Assembly: GCA_977018835.1 (NCBI GenBank)
Contig: OZ361258.1
Span: 1,550,001-1,614,000, forward strand
DNA length: 64,000 bases
Source: Minutocellus sp. GHC0000111
Lineage: Eukaryota
Direction: 5' to 3'
The notes under the pieces are model-generated. The model saw only the letters and a list, made by a program, of their open reading frames with translations. It was not told where the DNA came from and did no database searches. The position numbers and the translations under genes are program-made. This document shows, piece after piece, positions 46,080 through 57,348 of this stretch (position 1 is its first letter; each line of letters opens with the position of its first letter).

Positions 46080-47549
46080 ATGCGCCGGACAAAAGGCGCC
46101 AACAACGACGAGCGTCATATAACGCAAGCCCTGCGTTCCCTGGGTGTTGATATTTTGGAGCCACAATCAGAATACGAGATTGAATTTGCAGAAGCACTTT
46201 CTGCCTTCTCCTCATTTGTTCTCATCGACGAGGCTTCCAAGTGCCGATCGATAATTGAGAGCTATTTGGCATCTGGCGATGCGAGATGTGGCGGCGTCGG
46301 TATACTGCAAGGCGGAGATGAACACGATATATATCGACTGCAGATGCGAGATGACGACGAGAACGACGATGACGAGGAGGAAGACGACGGCTACAACCAG
46401 AATCCTGGTACCGCCGCCGCCAAAGAAATGTTACAGGCATTCCACTCATCGCGCCACGGATCCAGATATCGCAAGAAGCTGACAGTTGCCAAGCTAAAGA
46501 AGAATTTGCTAAACATGTGTGAGCGGTGGAAGCAGAACCGACCACCCGGGTCGGCCGAGAGCTATCGCAGATACATCAACCTCGGAAATCTTATGTGGAT
46601 CCTTTCGTTTGGTCCAGTGCCCGGGCAATACCGCCACATTGACAATATCGATCCAAATAACCAGATATGCTGCTATATGAGCGATCATTGTCCAAGTACA
46701 TTGGTTTATAATTTGGATGGGCCGGATATTGTTTGCGCAGAGGACTTAGTGGAGTATTGGGACGAGATGCTGGACGATGCTGTGCCAAATCTCATAAAGG
46801 AGATGTTTGCGTCCGTATGCGACGAGAGGCTTGACGATCCATCTCGTCGGGCATATATTCCTCCGAGATTGGCTGCATGGGGGTCCATCGATGAGACTCT
46901 TTCGAGATTCGGAAAACTTTACAGGCCGGTGAGGAAATGTTTGTCGTTACCAACTGATCCAGGCACAACGTTGGTTGCGGGCGGCAATGAAGTGCATGCT
47001 GGGCCGCCAACGAAGGGTCCGAGAATGTTTGCATTTGCTGTTGGAATACCAGAGGCAGATTATGGAGCGAATGACTTTGGTTTACATTTTGATGGCGGGG
47101 TTGACAGTGATGATAGCGAGGATGACGGGAAATCCAACCAAGAAAACGAATTCGCCTACAAGCAAAGCGGCAACGGAGAGGTCCAGTATTGTCCGGCGTT
47201 GCTGCATCTGGATTTGTGTTCCATCTTGTTTGCCGTGATGAGAAATGAGTATACCCATCGAGATTCTGCCTCTGACCAAAGAGATTCCAAGTTATTTCTC
47301 ATCAGAATGTTGGTTGGATTTATTGCTGAAAATCCCAATGAAACGTATGCTCAGAATCTTGCCGACGGCCAAAGGAAGGGACATCGAGAGTGGATAGAAA
47401 AATTGTGCGATCGAATCCAAAACAATTCTGGATATGATGATTTGATTGAAGAAGCGGTAACATGCGATGGCATTATCTGTGGTGAGATCCAAGGATACGC
47501 TGGCGCTAAAAAGAAGGCAAAAGGTCGGCCTGGTAAGAGGCGTAAATAG
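46080..47549 (+). CDS. Hypothetical 2OG-Fe(II) oxygenase-like protein (copy 2)
   Basis: Duplicate of 28543-30012; E>Q at 47490. Confidence 0.6.
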   Translation: MRRTKGANNDERHITQALRSLGVDILEPQSEYEIEFAEALSAFSSFVLIDEASKCRSIIESYLASGDARCGGVGILQGGDEHDIYRLQMRDDDENDDDEEEDDGYNQNPGTAAAKEMLQAFHSSRHGSRYRKKLTVAKLKKNLLNMCERWKQNRPPGSAESYRRYINLGNLMWILSFGPVPGQYRHIDNIDPNNQICCYMSDHCPSTLVYNLDGPDIVCAEDLVEYWDEMLDDAVPNLIKEMFASVCDERLDDPSRRAYIPPRLAAWGSIDETLSRFGKLYRPVRKCLSLPTDPGTTLVAGGNEVHAGPPTKGPRMFAFAVGIPEADYGANDFGLHFDGGVDSDDSEDDGKSNQENEFAYKQSGNGEVQYCPALLHLDLCSILFAVMRNEYTHRDSASDQRDSKLFLIRMLVGFIAENPNETYAQNLADGQRKGHREWIEKLCDRIQNNSGYDDLIEEAVTCDGIICGEIQGYAGAKKKAKGRPGKRRK

Positions 47550-47962
47550 TACTAGTACTATTAAGGCATAAACATTTTTTTCTCTTTTGTGGACCGAACG
47601 TTGCCGCATGGGTCAAAGACGCACTACTGGGAGCAGGAAGAAGACTCAAATCAGATTCCGAGTACAGTAGAAGGAAGGAATCGGTTTAGTGGGGAAAGCA
47701 AATGGCCCTACGAATTCACATTACGGCTGTTTGAATGATTAGAGCATTTGATGCTACGATCGTATGCATACGCATATATAAAATCAAGAGAAAACACCTC
47801 GAAATATGAGATATAGCTCTATATTAGTATGTGCACGAGGTGGGCTGAAATAGATGAGTCGCATATGTATCAAAACATGTTGACATTTTACGGCCTAGAC
47901 TACATGTAGCTAAAGTGCATCCATGAAAGGAAGACCTGAGCACATACCACCACAATGCTCTT

Positions 47963-49002
47963 TTAGGAATGATTGGTTTCATCAGCGCCATCGGCACCAT
48001 CAGCCTCGGTCACCACGGAATCCAACCGCTTCAACTTCTTCATGCCCCGCTGCACATCTTCCGGAATTCCGATGCCGTTCTTGATAAGTAATTCTTCCAG
48101 CTGTTGATTGTACTTCATCACCTTGCCGTGTTTGTGTCCATGGTACTCATTCGTCACCTCAATGATACCATGTCCGATCCGCACGAATCTCCAAAGACGG
48201 GCAAAGATGAGCAATCCAGCCAATTCGGCCACCGCCTCATTACTCGAGAAGTAGAACCCAAGCTCCAGGCCCAGAGACATGGTCACCACCACAAAATCCA
48301 GGACATAAAACGGTTTCTTGAAGAATACTCTGGGTTTCAAGCAGATGATGAGCAAGCATAGTTCGATGAGGAATATTCCAAGGATGGCAATCGTCATCGA
48401 GAAGAGGATGGTGTGAAGTGAATGGATGGCGGCGTGCTTGTGCTCGTCGCATCCCGCCGGACAGGCCGTCTCAATGCCGGCTTCGCAGACCGAATTGTGT
48501 CCGCCATCATCCTTTACAGCAAGGAACCTCAATAGGAAATGACCACCACCGCCGCTGCCGCCGCCGTCATCGTGCTTGTCTGTAGCAATTCCACAGGTCG
48601 GCATATCGTCCGCCGCTTCGGCAAGGTAGCGATGACCGTCATCGCCACCATCAGCGCCATACGCACCCGCATCGGCATACGTGTAACTACTGGGACAGCA
48701 CGACACGGCATCTCGGGTAACGACGCTGCAGGAAGGATAACAGGATAATGAGAAGACAAGCAAGAGGCAATAGAGAAGAATACCATGGTGTCAGCTCAAA
48801 GTCAATTGAAATGCGACGACGTTTACAGCAAGTAAAATCTTCGTTGAGCAACAAGTCCGGTACCAAAAACACAAGTCGGCTGCATGAAAGTCATCAGGCT
48901 GGCACAAGCCCAAAAATACATTGTCGTCTCTTGAGAGTTCGCTACAATTGTACGTAGTTGGAAGGATGAAATAACGTACCGTGGACCGAATCCTCCCTCC
49001 AT
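47963..49002 (-). CDS. Hv1-like proton channel, S1 not found (copy 2)
   Basis: Duplicate of 30426-31465. Confidence 0.75.
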
Positions 49003-49392
49003 TCTTCGTCGTGTGGTCGTGGCACCATGGTCGGACTCTTGCGTTGCGTAGGTCTAGCTAGCTGGTTGCGCCGACAAGAGTAGAGCCGAGCTATCAGTAA
49101 TCTGACTCCAGCAAGGCGAATGAGCATTCATTCGCTCCCCCACGTTGTGTCCCCTGCTGTTTGCGTGGCGGCGGTTCGACACGTCGTCATGCACATGTCG
49201 CGAAAACTCTCAATGCTGCTGATGATGCAAAGCGGTACGTACGAGCAGCATGCTTTACGTACGCAGTTAGTCAGCGAGAGGAAAGATGTGGCAGGAAGGT
49301 ATCGCGTCAGTGGATGCGATGAGCCAATAACTACGTAACGCCGCAATCTTTCATTCATTCCTCTGCCACAATATTAAACAACAAAACAAGCC

Positions 49393-49929
49393 ATGTCGTC
49401 CAATGCCATTGCCCGCATAAGTCTCATCCTGGTCGCCGTCCTCTCGGTGGTGCACGTGTCGGCATTCTCCAGCACAACCAATCAGGCACGAAGAACAACA
49501 TCCATCGCCGGCATCAGCACGCTCGCCCGGACGGTGCCCGGGCCTCGCATCGGCGGTGGCGGCGGCCTCGTCTCCCTCCGCATGTCGGCCGAGGACGAGG
49601 CCGAGCGTCTCCGCGCCCAGGCGGCCAAGCTCCGCGAGGAGGTGGCGGAGGCGACGGGCAAGTCGGTGGCGGAAGTCGAGGCCGAAACGACTCCCGAGGC
49701 CGAACAAGAGCAGGCCCAGCAGACCGTCCAGCTCAACGCTGACGGGACCGTCTACGATGACGAGACTCCGGAATACCTCGATCCTCTCTCGGATAACATG
49801 CGCCAACGGTTGATGAGGGAGGCCAGCACCGGACTCGATTCCAATCAGAAACAGACCAACGTCATCCTGTACATTTCCATCGCCGTCGCCGTTCTGGTTT
49901 TGCTCGGTGGTCAGGGAATTCTCTACTAG
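49393..49929 (+). CDS. Small plastid-targeted TM protein (copy 2)
   Basis: Duplicate of 31856-32392. Confidence 0.85.
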   Translation: MSSNAIARISLILVAVLSVVHVSAFSSTTNQARRTTSIAGISTLARTVPGPRIGGGGGLVSLRMSAEDEAERLRAQAAKLREEVAEATGKSVAEVEAETTPEAEQEQAQQTVQLNADGTVYDDETPEYLDPLSDNMRQRLMREASTGLDSNQKQTNVILYISIAVAVLVLLGGQGILY

Positions 49930-50481
49930 GAAATCAGGTAGGGTAGGAATGATGCGATGGCTACTACCGGTACGTGGTATAAGTGAAGTGGACAGCATGC
50001 GAACAAGATGCCCACGGCATGGAAAACAAATTTCTTTTTCGGTGTGGCGTGCTGCCTGCAAAGTTGAATATTTACTACTGTATTTGTCCCAATGAATTCT
50101 TGCATGGTAGCCTATAAGTGCTTGCGAACACAATACACATGCAAATGTCGGAGAACAAATAAATAAAGAATGAAATGGAAATGCGGTCATGTCCCTCCAG
50201 ATACTGAAGATTTGGTTTGATCAATCTGCCTGCTCCCTGGGCTACAGCTACTGACAAGAAGATAAATTCACATGAGTAATTATATACGAAGCTGGGAGCT
50301 GGAGATTACAATTGGCGCCTAACCCGCCTATATTCAAAAGTAAAGTAAGTCCAAAAGTTGGATCCTACGGCGGCCCTGATCAATCCATCAACCATCAGGG
50401 TCAGTTTTGCCTTTGCGTCTTCCAACCGGTTTACACTCCGTTTCATTTCAGTTATATTCGCCCTTTAAGCCAAATGTCACT

Positions 50482-51336
50482 TTACACGGACGTACGCAGG
50501 ACAGGAGCTTCATACTGGAGGATCTTTCGCATAGGCCTTGTATTGTCGTCGGTGTTGCACCCAAACGCGTCTGAGAGTACCTCCATCCGCTCAATCATCG
50601 CTGCCGTTCCCATTTGATCCCCAAAGACAGCCATCTGACGTGCGGTACGGCCGCCACGGCCCTTGGAGTCGACACCGGTTTTGAGAGTCAGATCTCCATT
50701 CCCAACACAAACGAGGAGGGCAACAAGGGCATCACATCCGCGCTGGGCTGCGACATGAAGGGAGCTGTGTCCATTGATGTCCACGGCGTTAGCGTCGGCC
50801 TTCCCACGTTGGAGAAGAAGCTGGGCAATCATGACCATGTTGTCGATATCGGTGTTGGTAGTGAGGCAGGCGACAAAGTGGAGGACATTAGATCCCCTGT
50901 GATTTGGCTTTGTGGCATCTGCTCTGTGCTCAAGCAAGAGCCTTACCACATTCAATGACCCGGAATGGACAGCTGAGTGGAGCGGGGTATTTCCAAAGGA
51001 GTTCCTTGCGGATGGGTCGGCTCCATTCTCCAGTAGTACTTTGCAGAGACGTGGCTTTCCTGCGGTGGCAGCAAGATGAAGAGGTGTATTTTGATTGGAC
51101 ACCAAGGTAGAATCGACGATTGCTCCATGGTTGATTAGCGCCGTGGCGCAGCCGGCTGCTTCTTCGTCATTGCCGTTGGGAGGTGGTGCAGTAGAATGAA
51201 TTACAGAGGGCGATCCATCCAGACGATTAGAGCAATAATTTGGGTCTGCTCCTAATGAGAGTGCCTGCAAGGCCGCCTCGAGATCTCCGTTCGATACTGC
51301 GTCAAACAATACGAGATTGGCTGGAGTTGCTGCCAT
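50482..51336 (-). CDS. Ankyrin-repeat protein (copy 2)
   Basis: Duplicate of 32945-33799. Confidence 0.92.
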   Translation of the reverse strand: MAATPANLVLFDAVSNGDLEAALQALSLGADPNYCSNRLDGSPSVIHSTAPPPNGNDEEAAGCATALINHGAIVDSTLVSNQNTPLHLAATAGKPRLCKVLLENGADPSARNSFGNTPLHSAVHSGSLNVVRLLLEHRADATKPNHRGSNVLHFVACLTTNTDIDNMVMIAQLLLQRGKADANAVDINGHSSLHVAAQRGCDALVALLVCVGNGDLTLKTGVDSKGRGGRTARQMAVFGDQMGTAAMIERMEVLSDAFGCNTDDNTRPMRKILQYEAPVLRTSV

Positions 51337-51650
51337 GGTTGCTTGTGGAGAGTTGGTTGAAGTCAGGTCTGAAGGGTGGAACCGCGATTGCGATTGACGA
51401 AGTGAGCCGCGGTGCTGGCATGACGTGCTGTCGGAGCGGAAAAAAAAAATTTATCTTGTCCATTTTGATCATCATCCAAGGTTTTCGAGGTTTCTCCGAC
51501 GACGACGACGACGAGAGGTGACTGAAAACTGCAAAATGATGGAAACGAAGCGGCGATGGCATGGTACCAAAGCCGCTTGCTACGTTGTATCAAAACTCCG
51601 CCAGAAATACAAGACATCCAGAACACGACGAAAAGTAAGCAACCAACCAG

Positions 51651-53897
51651 ATGAAGTCCAATCTGCGCGAAAAGTACTCTGGCTGGGGGCGAGGCGGCGA
51701 GAAATGTGAGCCCGCGGAATTCCAAGGCCGATCGAATCGACGGGATGATTACATCACTGATAATTCCCTCCTTGAGCGTTATGGATCTGAGTACTCCCGT
51801 CGCGGCAAACCTCAAGGCATTCTTCATCCTTCGAGACCGGGCCCATCGGTGGTGAGACCATCCGCTGACCTCCGTGTTCGTTTTGTCAGTCCTCGTCAGC
51901 AGCGGATCGAGGAGGAGATTGCCTACCATTCGTTCGAGCTGAATAATTTGGCGAAGGAATTGGACACGGCGAACAATGTGCACTGTGGAGACACGGGCTA
52001 TAACCGGGGTGACGGTCACCATCATCATGGTCACAAATTTCACGGATATTCCGATCATCAGTATGCCGGAGGGGAAGATTCCAGCACGCTACTTTCTCAC
52101 GATGCATTTAGCATAGAAGCATCGATTGATTATGTCAAGCCTAAAACGTCATCAAAGTGGAAGCGTAACGGAAGCCCCTTTCGAGCCCGAGGCCGAAGCA
52201 AGTCACCAGGTCGTGGGGGGAGATCGTTGGAAAGAAGTTCAGACCGATGCCGGAGCAAGTCCCCACGTCGACCTCGAGAATCGAGATCAGATCGTAGTAG
52301 GTCGCCCGGGCGAGCAGGTGGACGAGGTCGCGATGAATATTATGGTCCATGAATACTTCTTTTCTCTATGAATTGGCAGAGTAGAATGAATTGTGATAAT
52401 AAACAACTATTTTCGAATCTGTTCGCTCTAGCTACGACGTCGCGCTTAGTATCAAAAGTACCAAGCTAAACTTTTTACAAGGCTATCGCGAGCGACCCTC
52501 ATCCGTACCTGTGTGATGAGATAAAATCAATATCACCGAATCGAATCTGTCTTCTCTGGCAAGCTAGCTAGCCGTACATGTATCTACGATGTAGTATCAA
52601 AATTACCAAGCTAGCTACGTTGCTAGTAAGTTTACAAGGTTATCATGCACAAGCAACCTTATCCGTATCCGTATCGCCAGTTTGAGTCCTGGTCAAAATC
52701 TGGGCCTGCCGGTAACAGGCTCAAACCAACGACATGACGAGTATCGACATATCACGGCTTCAATATAGAGGCTGGGCGTTTCCATTCTTCCTCGGTCCAA
52801 TCAAATCAAATTTTCTATGAAATGGTCATTTCTCGTCAAGTCTAAGTAGAATGCCAATGCACTTTGCACCTTCCGATCATTCTTCGGCCACTCTCATTTC
52901 AATCAAGGGCTCTACCCAAACATGTCGAGGCCTCAGGAAAGGGGTCGCAGCAGGACGAGGCGAGGTAAGTCTCGTTCCTGGTCGCCTCCGAATCCGCGCT
53001 TTGACCGCGACATCTCGCCAGACTCTCGCGATGTAGTTCATTACCCGAGAGGACAACGGAGAAGCACCGCCAGATCGCCTTCTCCATTGACCAATGCCCC
53101 ATCTGTCGGCGAAGCAGCCGGAGAGTCAGAAACAGAGGCTGATAATTATACCTCTGATGATGACGACTCAACGAGGCATGAGCGGCAACGCCAATCTAAA
53201 AAGGGCAAGTCCGTCCGATTCAAGAACCGCAACTACGAAAGTGGTCATATTGCTGGAAAGGTAAGTAACACTGATAAGTCTCGATGGATTTCTTCCACGC
53301 CCGTAGGCCTTTTGCTTGTGGTGAACTGACGTATTTTCCTCTACTCTACGCTCTTTTCTGGGGAAGATTGAGTCAGCAGCTGTTGAGCATGCCAAAGAGC
53401 TGAATGAATTGGCCAAGAGACTTTCGTTGTGCGCCTTGGTAGTATCCTCGTCGGACGATGATAGCGAAGAGGACAGCTCGGATGAAGATGCCGTTAGTGT
53501 CAAGAAACGGCCATCCAAGTCGAAGCGGAAGAGTAGATCCCACAAGAATGAGAAGAAAAGATCTAATCGCCACAAAGAATACGAGGAGGAGAGTTCTCTC
53601 GGAAGTATAAAACTTGCCACCCGAAAAAGGTTCGGGCCAAGTCGATGGGAAGACCTTAACCTTCTCGAGGTCGTTCACGGACTCCACGTGACCACTATCA
53701 GAGCAGACCGCATCACAAATTTGAGGGAAGGCAGGAGCAAAACCAACGCCGCCACAGCTGGCGCCAAGGAGGATACGAAGACAGGGAAGGAAATCCAGAC
53801 CAGTATGGACATCAAAGCAGTAATGGGCGCCATCGGCTTTGGAGAGCAGCACCTGGTACTAGTACCGGTACTACCGGCGACTACAGGGCGACGATGA
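51651..53897 (+). CDS. Arg/Ser-rich low-complexity protein, undeleted locus (one gene with introns, or two adjacent ORFs)
   Basis: ORFs 51651-52352 and 52922-53260 are both RS-rich and joinable in frame by a weak-donor intron 52345-52907; clear intron 53261-53366. 3' end uncertain. Confidence 0.5.
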
Positions 53898-54427
53898 AAA
53901 ATCTGAGGGGGGGGCGCCAATAACATCCGTAGGGCTATGCCAAACCCTCGATGCTTTGACGATGGCATGCTCCACTGTGCCGCCGACAATATGTCAACGA
54001 CGGGCCAGTCCGTACACGGTCGAAGCCTTGGCCGATATGGAAGGAGGGAGGAGATCTTCCCTCGGCCTGATGCTCCTATCGTCAAACAAGTGCGGCTTCC
54101 GGTGAGTTCAGGCAATACTCTAAGGCTTCGACACCGATCTATCATACTTGAAATCACTAAATGATGCAACAAAAGCGTGCCCTCTTTCTCATAGCATGGA
54201 GCATGGAATCAAAGCAGATTATTTAAAAAATAAAACAAATTTATGTAATTACTGTTTCGTACAAGAATCCATCGGTAATCGTTGGTCCCTTGCACCGTAT
54301 ATTTCCCATTGAATTTAAAAGATGACACGAATGTACCGGTGTGCTTGCTTCTTGATTGGCACAATCACAGCCTCTCTTTCATTTGAACGATGACTGAGGC
54401 CTGAACTGAGAGAAGAGGAGCAAACAA

Positions 54428-55213
54428 ATGAGTTGCTACATGTACTGGTCCGAAAGAGTTTTTAAACAACCTTGGAATCATCACCACCGGCGGCATCGGC
54501 ATTGTCGCCCGATGGAGCGGCACCAGCCGGCTGCTGAGCCTGCTGCATCTGAGCGAAGAAGGCGGGATTCATCGCCATCATTTGCTGCATCTGCTGCATC
54601 TGGAACATGGCAATCTGCTGCTGCTGTTAGTGGTCAGACCCTTACTGAGTATGAGGAGGTGCTTGTCTGTCTGATGCGTTCCCACCGGGCATATGATGTC
54701 AAGACACTGGGATCTATTTGGGGGCGAACATCAGAGGGATGGGCGACTCGGATATTTCAGAAGTGGATGCCGAAACTTGGAAGGATTGGTCTCTTTATGT
54801 CTATTTTGGATCGGGACTTTATGCTGGATTATGTTTCTGTAGAAGTTGCGAGGGAAAAGAATTTGCCACACTCTCAAATATCAGTGCCTGATGGAGAAAT
54901 CAAAAACTATGCCGAGAAATCCTTGCCGAAGGAGTATGAGGAGAAAGGAGAAAAATATCAACGAGTTGGAGCGATTGTTGATGGCAACGTGTTTATGACC
55001 GACAATATCAACGTCAACAGCGCCTTGAACAGACTCATGTACAGTGATAAAACGGATAATAGTGGCGGCCTTGTCATGACTTGGTCTTAGCCGATGGGCC
55101 TCGTATTTGAACACACCGGCCTGTACTTTGCTCGATGTCCGGAGACACGGCTCATTGAGCTTTGGGCAACGGAAGATCCCGAGAACATGAAGCTTGCTGT
55201 AGATCCGTACTAG
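54428..55213 (+). pseudogene. PIF/Harbinger/ISL2EU-like (HTH_Tnp_4 + DDE_Tnp_4-like) transposase remnant
   Basis: HTH-like LTEYEEVLVCLMRSHRAYDVKTLGSIWGRTSEGWATRIFQKW; first catalytic Asp in GAIVDGNVF; MYSDK; reading through TAG 55088-55090 gives TWS*PMGLVFEHTGLYFARCPETRL (PxG...xRxS/PE motif). No clear later D/E motifs. Confidence 0.7.
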
Positions 55214-55388
55214 CTCGCTACAAAGGCTGACAATTATTTTTTGAGACTGCGTTTTATTCGTGCATGTAAAATCACACAAGCACAAATCACACTAATACTG
55301 TGTGTGCATCTACTTCTAATACATGTAAATGCGTTTATTTTGCGCTAGCTAGCACTGTCCTCATTGGCTTCAGTGCCTGCTCGGCGCT

Positions 55389-56471
55389 TCAGCTCGGCCT
55401 CCTCGGCGTTCTTCCTCGATTTTGCCCGTGCTGCTCTCTCCTTTTCTCTCTTCTTGATGTTATCTGATTTAGTTTTGGCATAGTCAGAAAAGTACTTGAC
55501 ACATCGACCGATCCTCCATCCTTTGGCATAATTTTCCAGACTGGATGGTATTCAAACATGTTTATTGTATGCTCTGCCTCCTTTGCATAACCGACGGCGG
55601 GCTGTAATCCATCCTCCTCTCCATGGGCTTTCGGCGGCCATTTGTTGTTCTTTTCAATATCTTTGAGATACTCTTTCTTGTTGCCACTCGACACATATCC
55701 ATCCATAGTCTCCTTGAATTTGAGACGATAAGGCTTCACGATATAGTCACATCCACGAAAGGCAGGGATCGCACTTCTATGCCCCTTCCAACGTCCTGCA
55801 CCGGCACTCTCGCGCTCCTCGATTTCATCAGCCATCAGCAAACACAAGTCGCCAGAGCTAAAGTTGTAGTTGGTAATCTAGGCCGGACTGCCGAGAGCAT
55901 ATGTGTCACCATCTTCTGAGAGCGTGTAGTCCACATGCCCTTGCAACTGTAGAGCAACGCACTGGGCCTCTCCCTCGAACGGCGCTTGGAGATATGCGAT
56001 GTCATTCTTGTCAAAAGCCTTGGCAAGATCATGAATAATGTCTCCCCTTGGGTAGACGAGCCGTTTCCACAAGCTCATCACGTCACTTGCATCAGATTCT
56101 TGCTCGGACTGGTACAATTTCAATAGCTTTTGCTCATCAGCTTCTCTCAATTTGGCGCGCTTGTCATCGGTGCGCTTTTTCATGGGATGCCTGAGTCCAT
56201 CGAACACCCATATCGCGACGATGCCATTGGCGGTGATGTGAATTTTGTGCCACGAAATTATCTTTTTCACAACGTGTCTTACTGGAACTTTGGGGGATGC
56301 ATGGAATCGCCGGGCTGAATTAGCGTGGAAGAGGAAGTGATAAATCAAAATGGAGGCGTCGATGGCGATTGACTTCCCTCGGAGTTCCGATATGTTTTGT
56401 GTTGGTGCGTCGTCGATCAAATCAAATTCTGGCCGCTCGATGACCTCTTGGTATAGTCCAGAGATACCCAT
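55389..56471 (-). pseudogene. XPG/FEN1/Exo1-family 5' nuclease with one in-frame TAG
   Basis: MGISGL, RGKSIAIDAS, WVFDG, APFEGEAQ, SEDGD, then TAG at 55880-55878, then the same frame continues to FRGCDY (H3TH motif). ORFs 55878-56471 and 55389-55847 share a frame. Confidence 0.88.
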
Positions 56472-57348
56472 GTTCAGTGGTCCGACAAATCAAACGATAC
56501 GCGCAGCAGTGACCAGCGTGGCTCGCTGTACCAGCGCCGGAGTGTCAACAGCTAAGCGCGGGCAGACGATGTACAGAGAGACAACCAATAAGTAATACTT
56601 ATTGCCCCGGAGCGATTTCGGCAACACAAAAAATGAGGCGCATAAATGAAGATGTGCCTCTTTCCACAGGCACCGCCGCAAAGAGGCAAACAATGCAGGG
56701 GATGGGCAATGATATTGTTTCAATACAGCGGAAATGTTGACGGGAAGATCGCTGGTGTTTGTGAGATATTGACAACAACATAAGCAATAGGTCCGTTACC
56801 GCGATGGATGCCTTCATGGTCGTGCCGAGGGGAAATTTTGTCTACCCGATTTCCAAGTAACCCGGAGCGTTGAGGAGGTTGATACGCACGCCACACATCG
56901 CATCGCGCGGGTGCAGCAAGTAAGATGGCGGCCCCTCTCCCAGCAGTAGCGGCGGCGACCGCCGTCACGCTGACGACCATCCTAACCGCGCTTCTCTCCA
57001 CCATCATCGATGCCAACCCCTCGCTGTACGTGTATTCCACCCTGCTCCTGACCGAACGCAAATTACACCAAACATGGCATCGGCGCAATGTCCTGCTTGA
57101 AAGACTGGAAAAAGCACAAATGCCTGAACGTAAAAAAATGAAGATTGGCTCAAGCAGCACGGCCCATGGCGATGACATCAGTGGACGATCGAGGACGGCG
57201 ACATATTCGATACGCCCTGCTTGGCTTGACTACGTGGCAGCAGCAGCACCCTCGCTTGCTACTTAGCTTTGGAGGAGGCGCACATATCTCCACGAAACAT
57301 ATTCTTCGGTTTGCTTTGGATTGGAAAAAACGGCACAAGACGAAAAAC

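Larger units (their letters stand above)
37513..55944 (+). repeat. Tandem segmental duplication, copy 2 (18,432 bp)
   Basis: See copy 1; continues seamlessly into unique sequence at 55945. Confidence 0.98.
54263..56814. mobile_element. Putative degenerate two-gene DNA transposon (PHIS-like transposase plus convergent XPG/FEN1-type nuclease)
   Basis: Two intronless convergent decayed ORFs. Weak candidate TIRs: aagaatccatcggtaatcg (54263-54281) versus the reverse complement of 56794-56814, aaggcatccatcgcggtaacg. Boundaries tentative. Confidence 0.45.

Noticed and set aside
55088..55880. Both genes of the putative transposon are interrupted by a single in-frame TAG, suggesting amber recoding or an alternative code
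   Set aside because: TAG terminates several host genes here (2261, 30012, 32392, 59287, 62472) and the element shows other decay; ordinary nonsense mutation is simpler unless other copies share the same TAGs.
56925..57266. 113-aa ORF with a hydrophobic N-terminus upstream of LCYB
   Set aside because: Could be a gene remnant, but I can see no motif or splice structure to support it.
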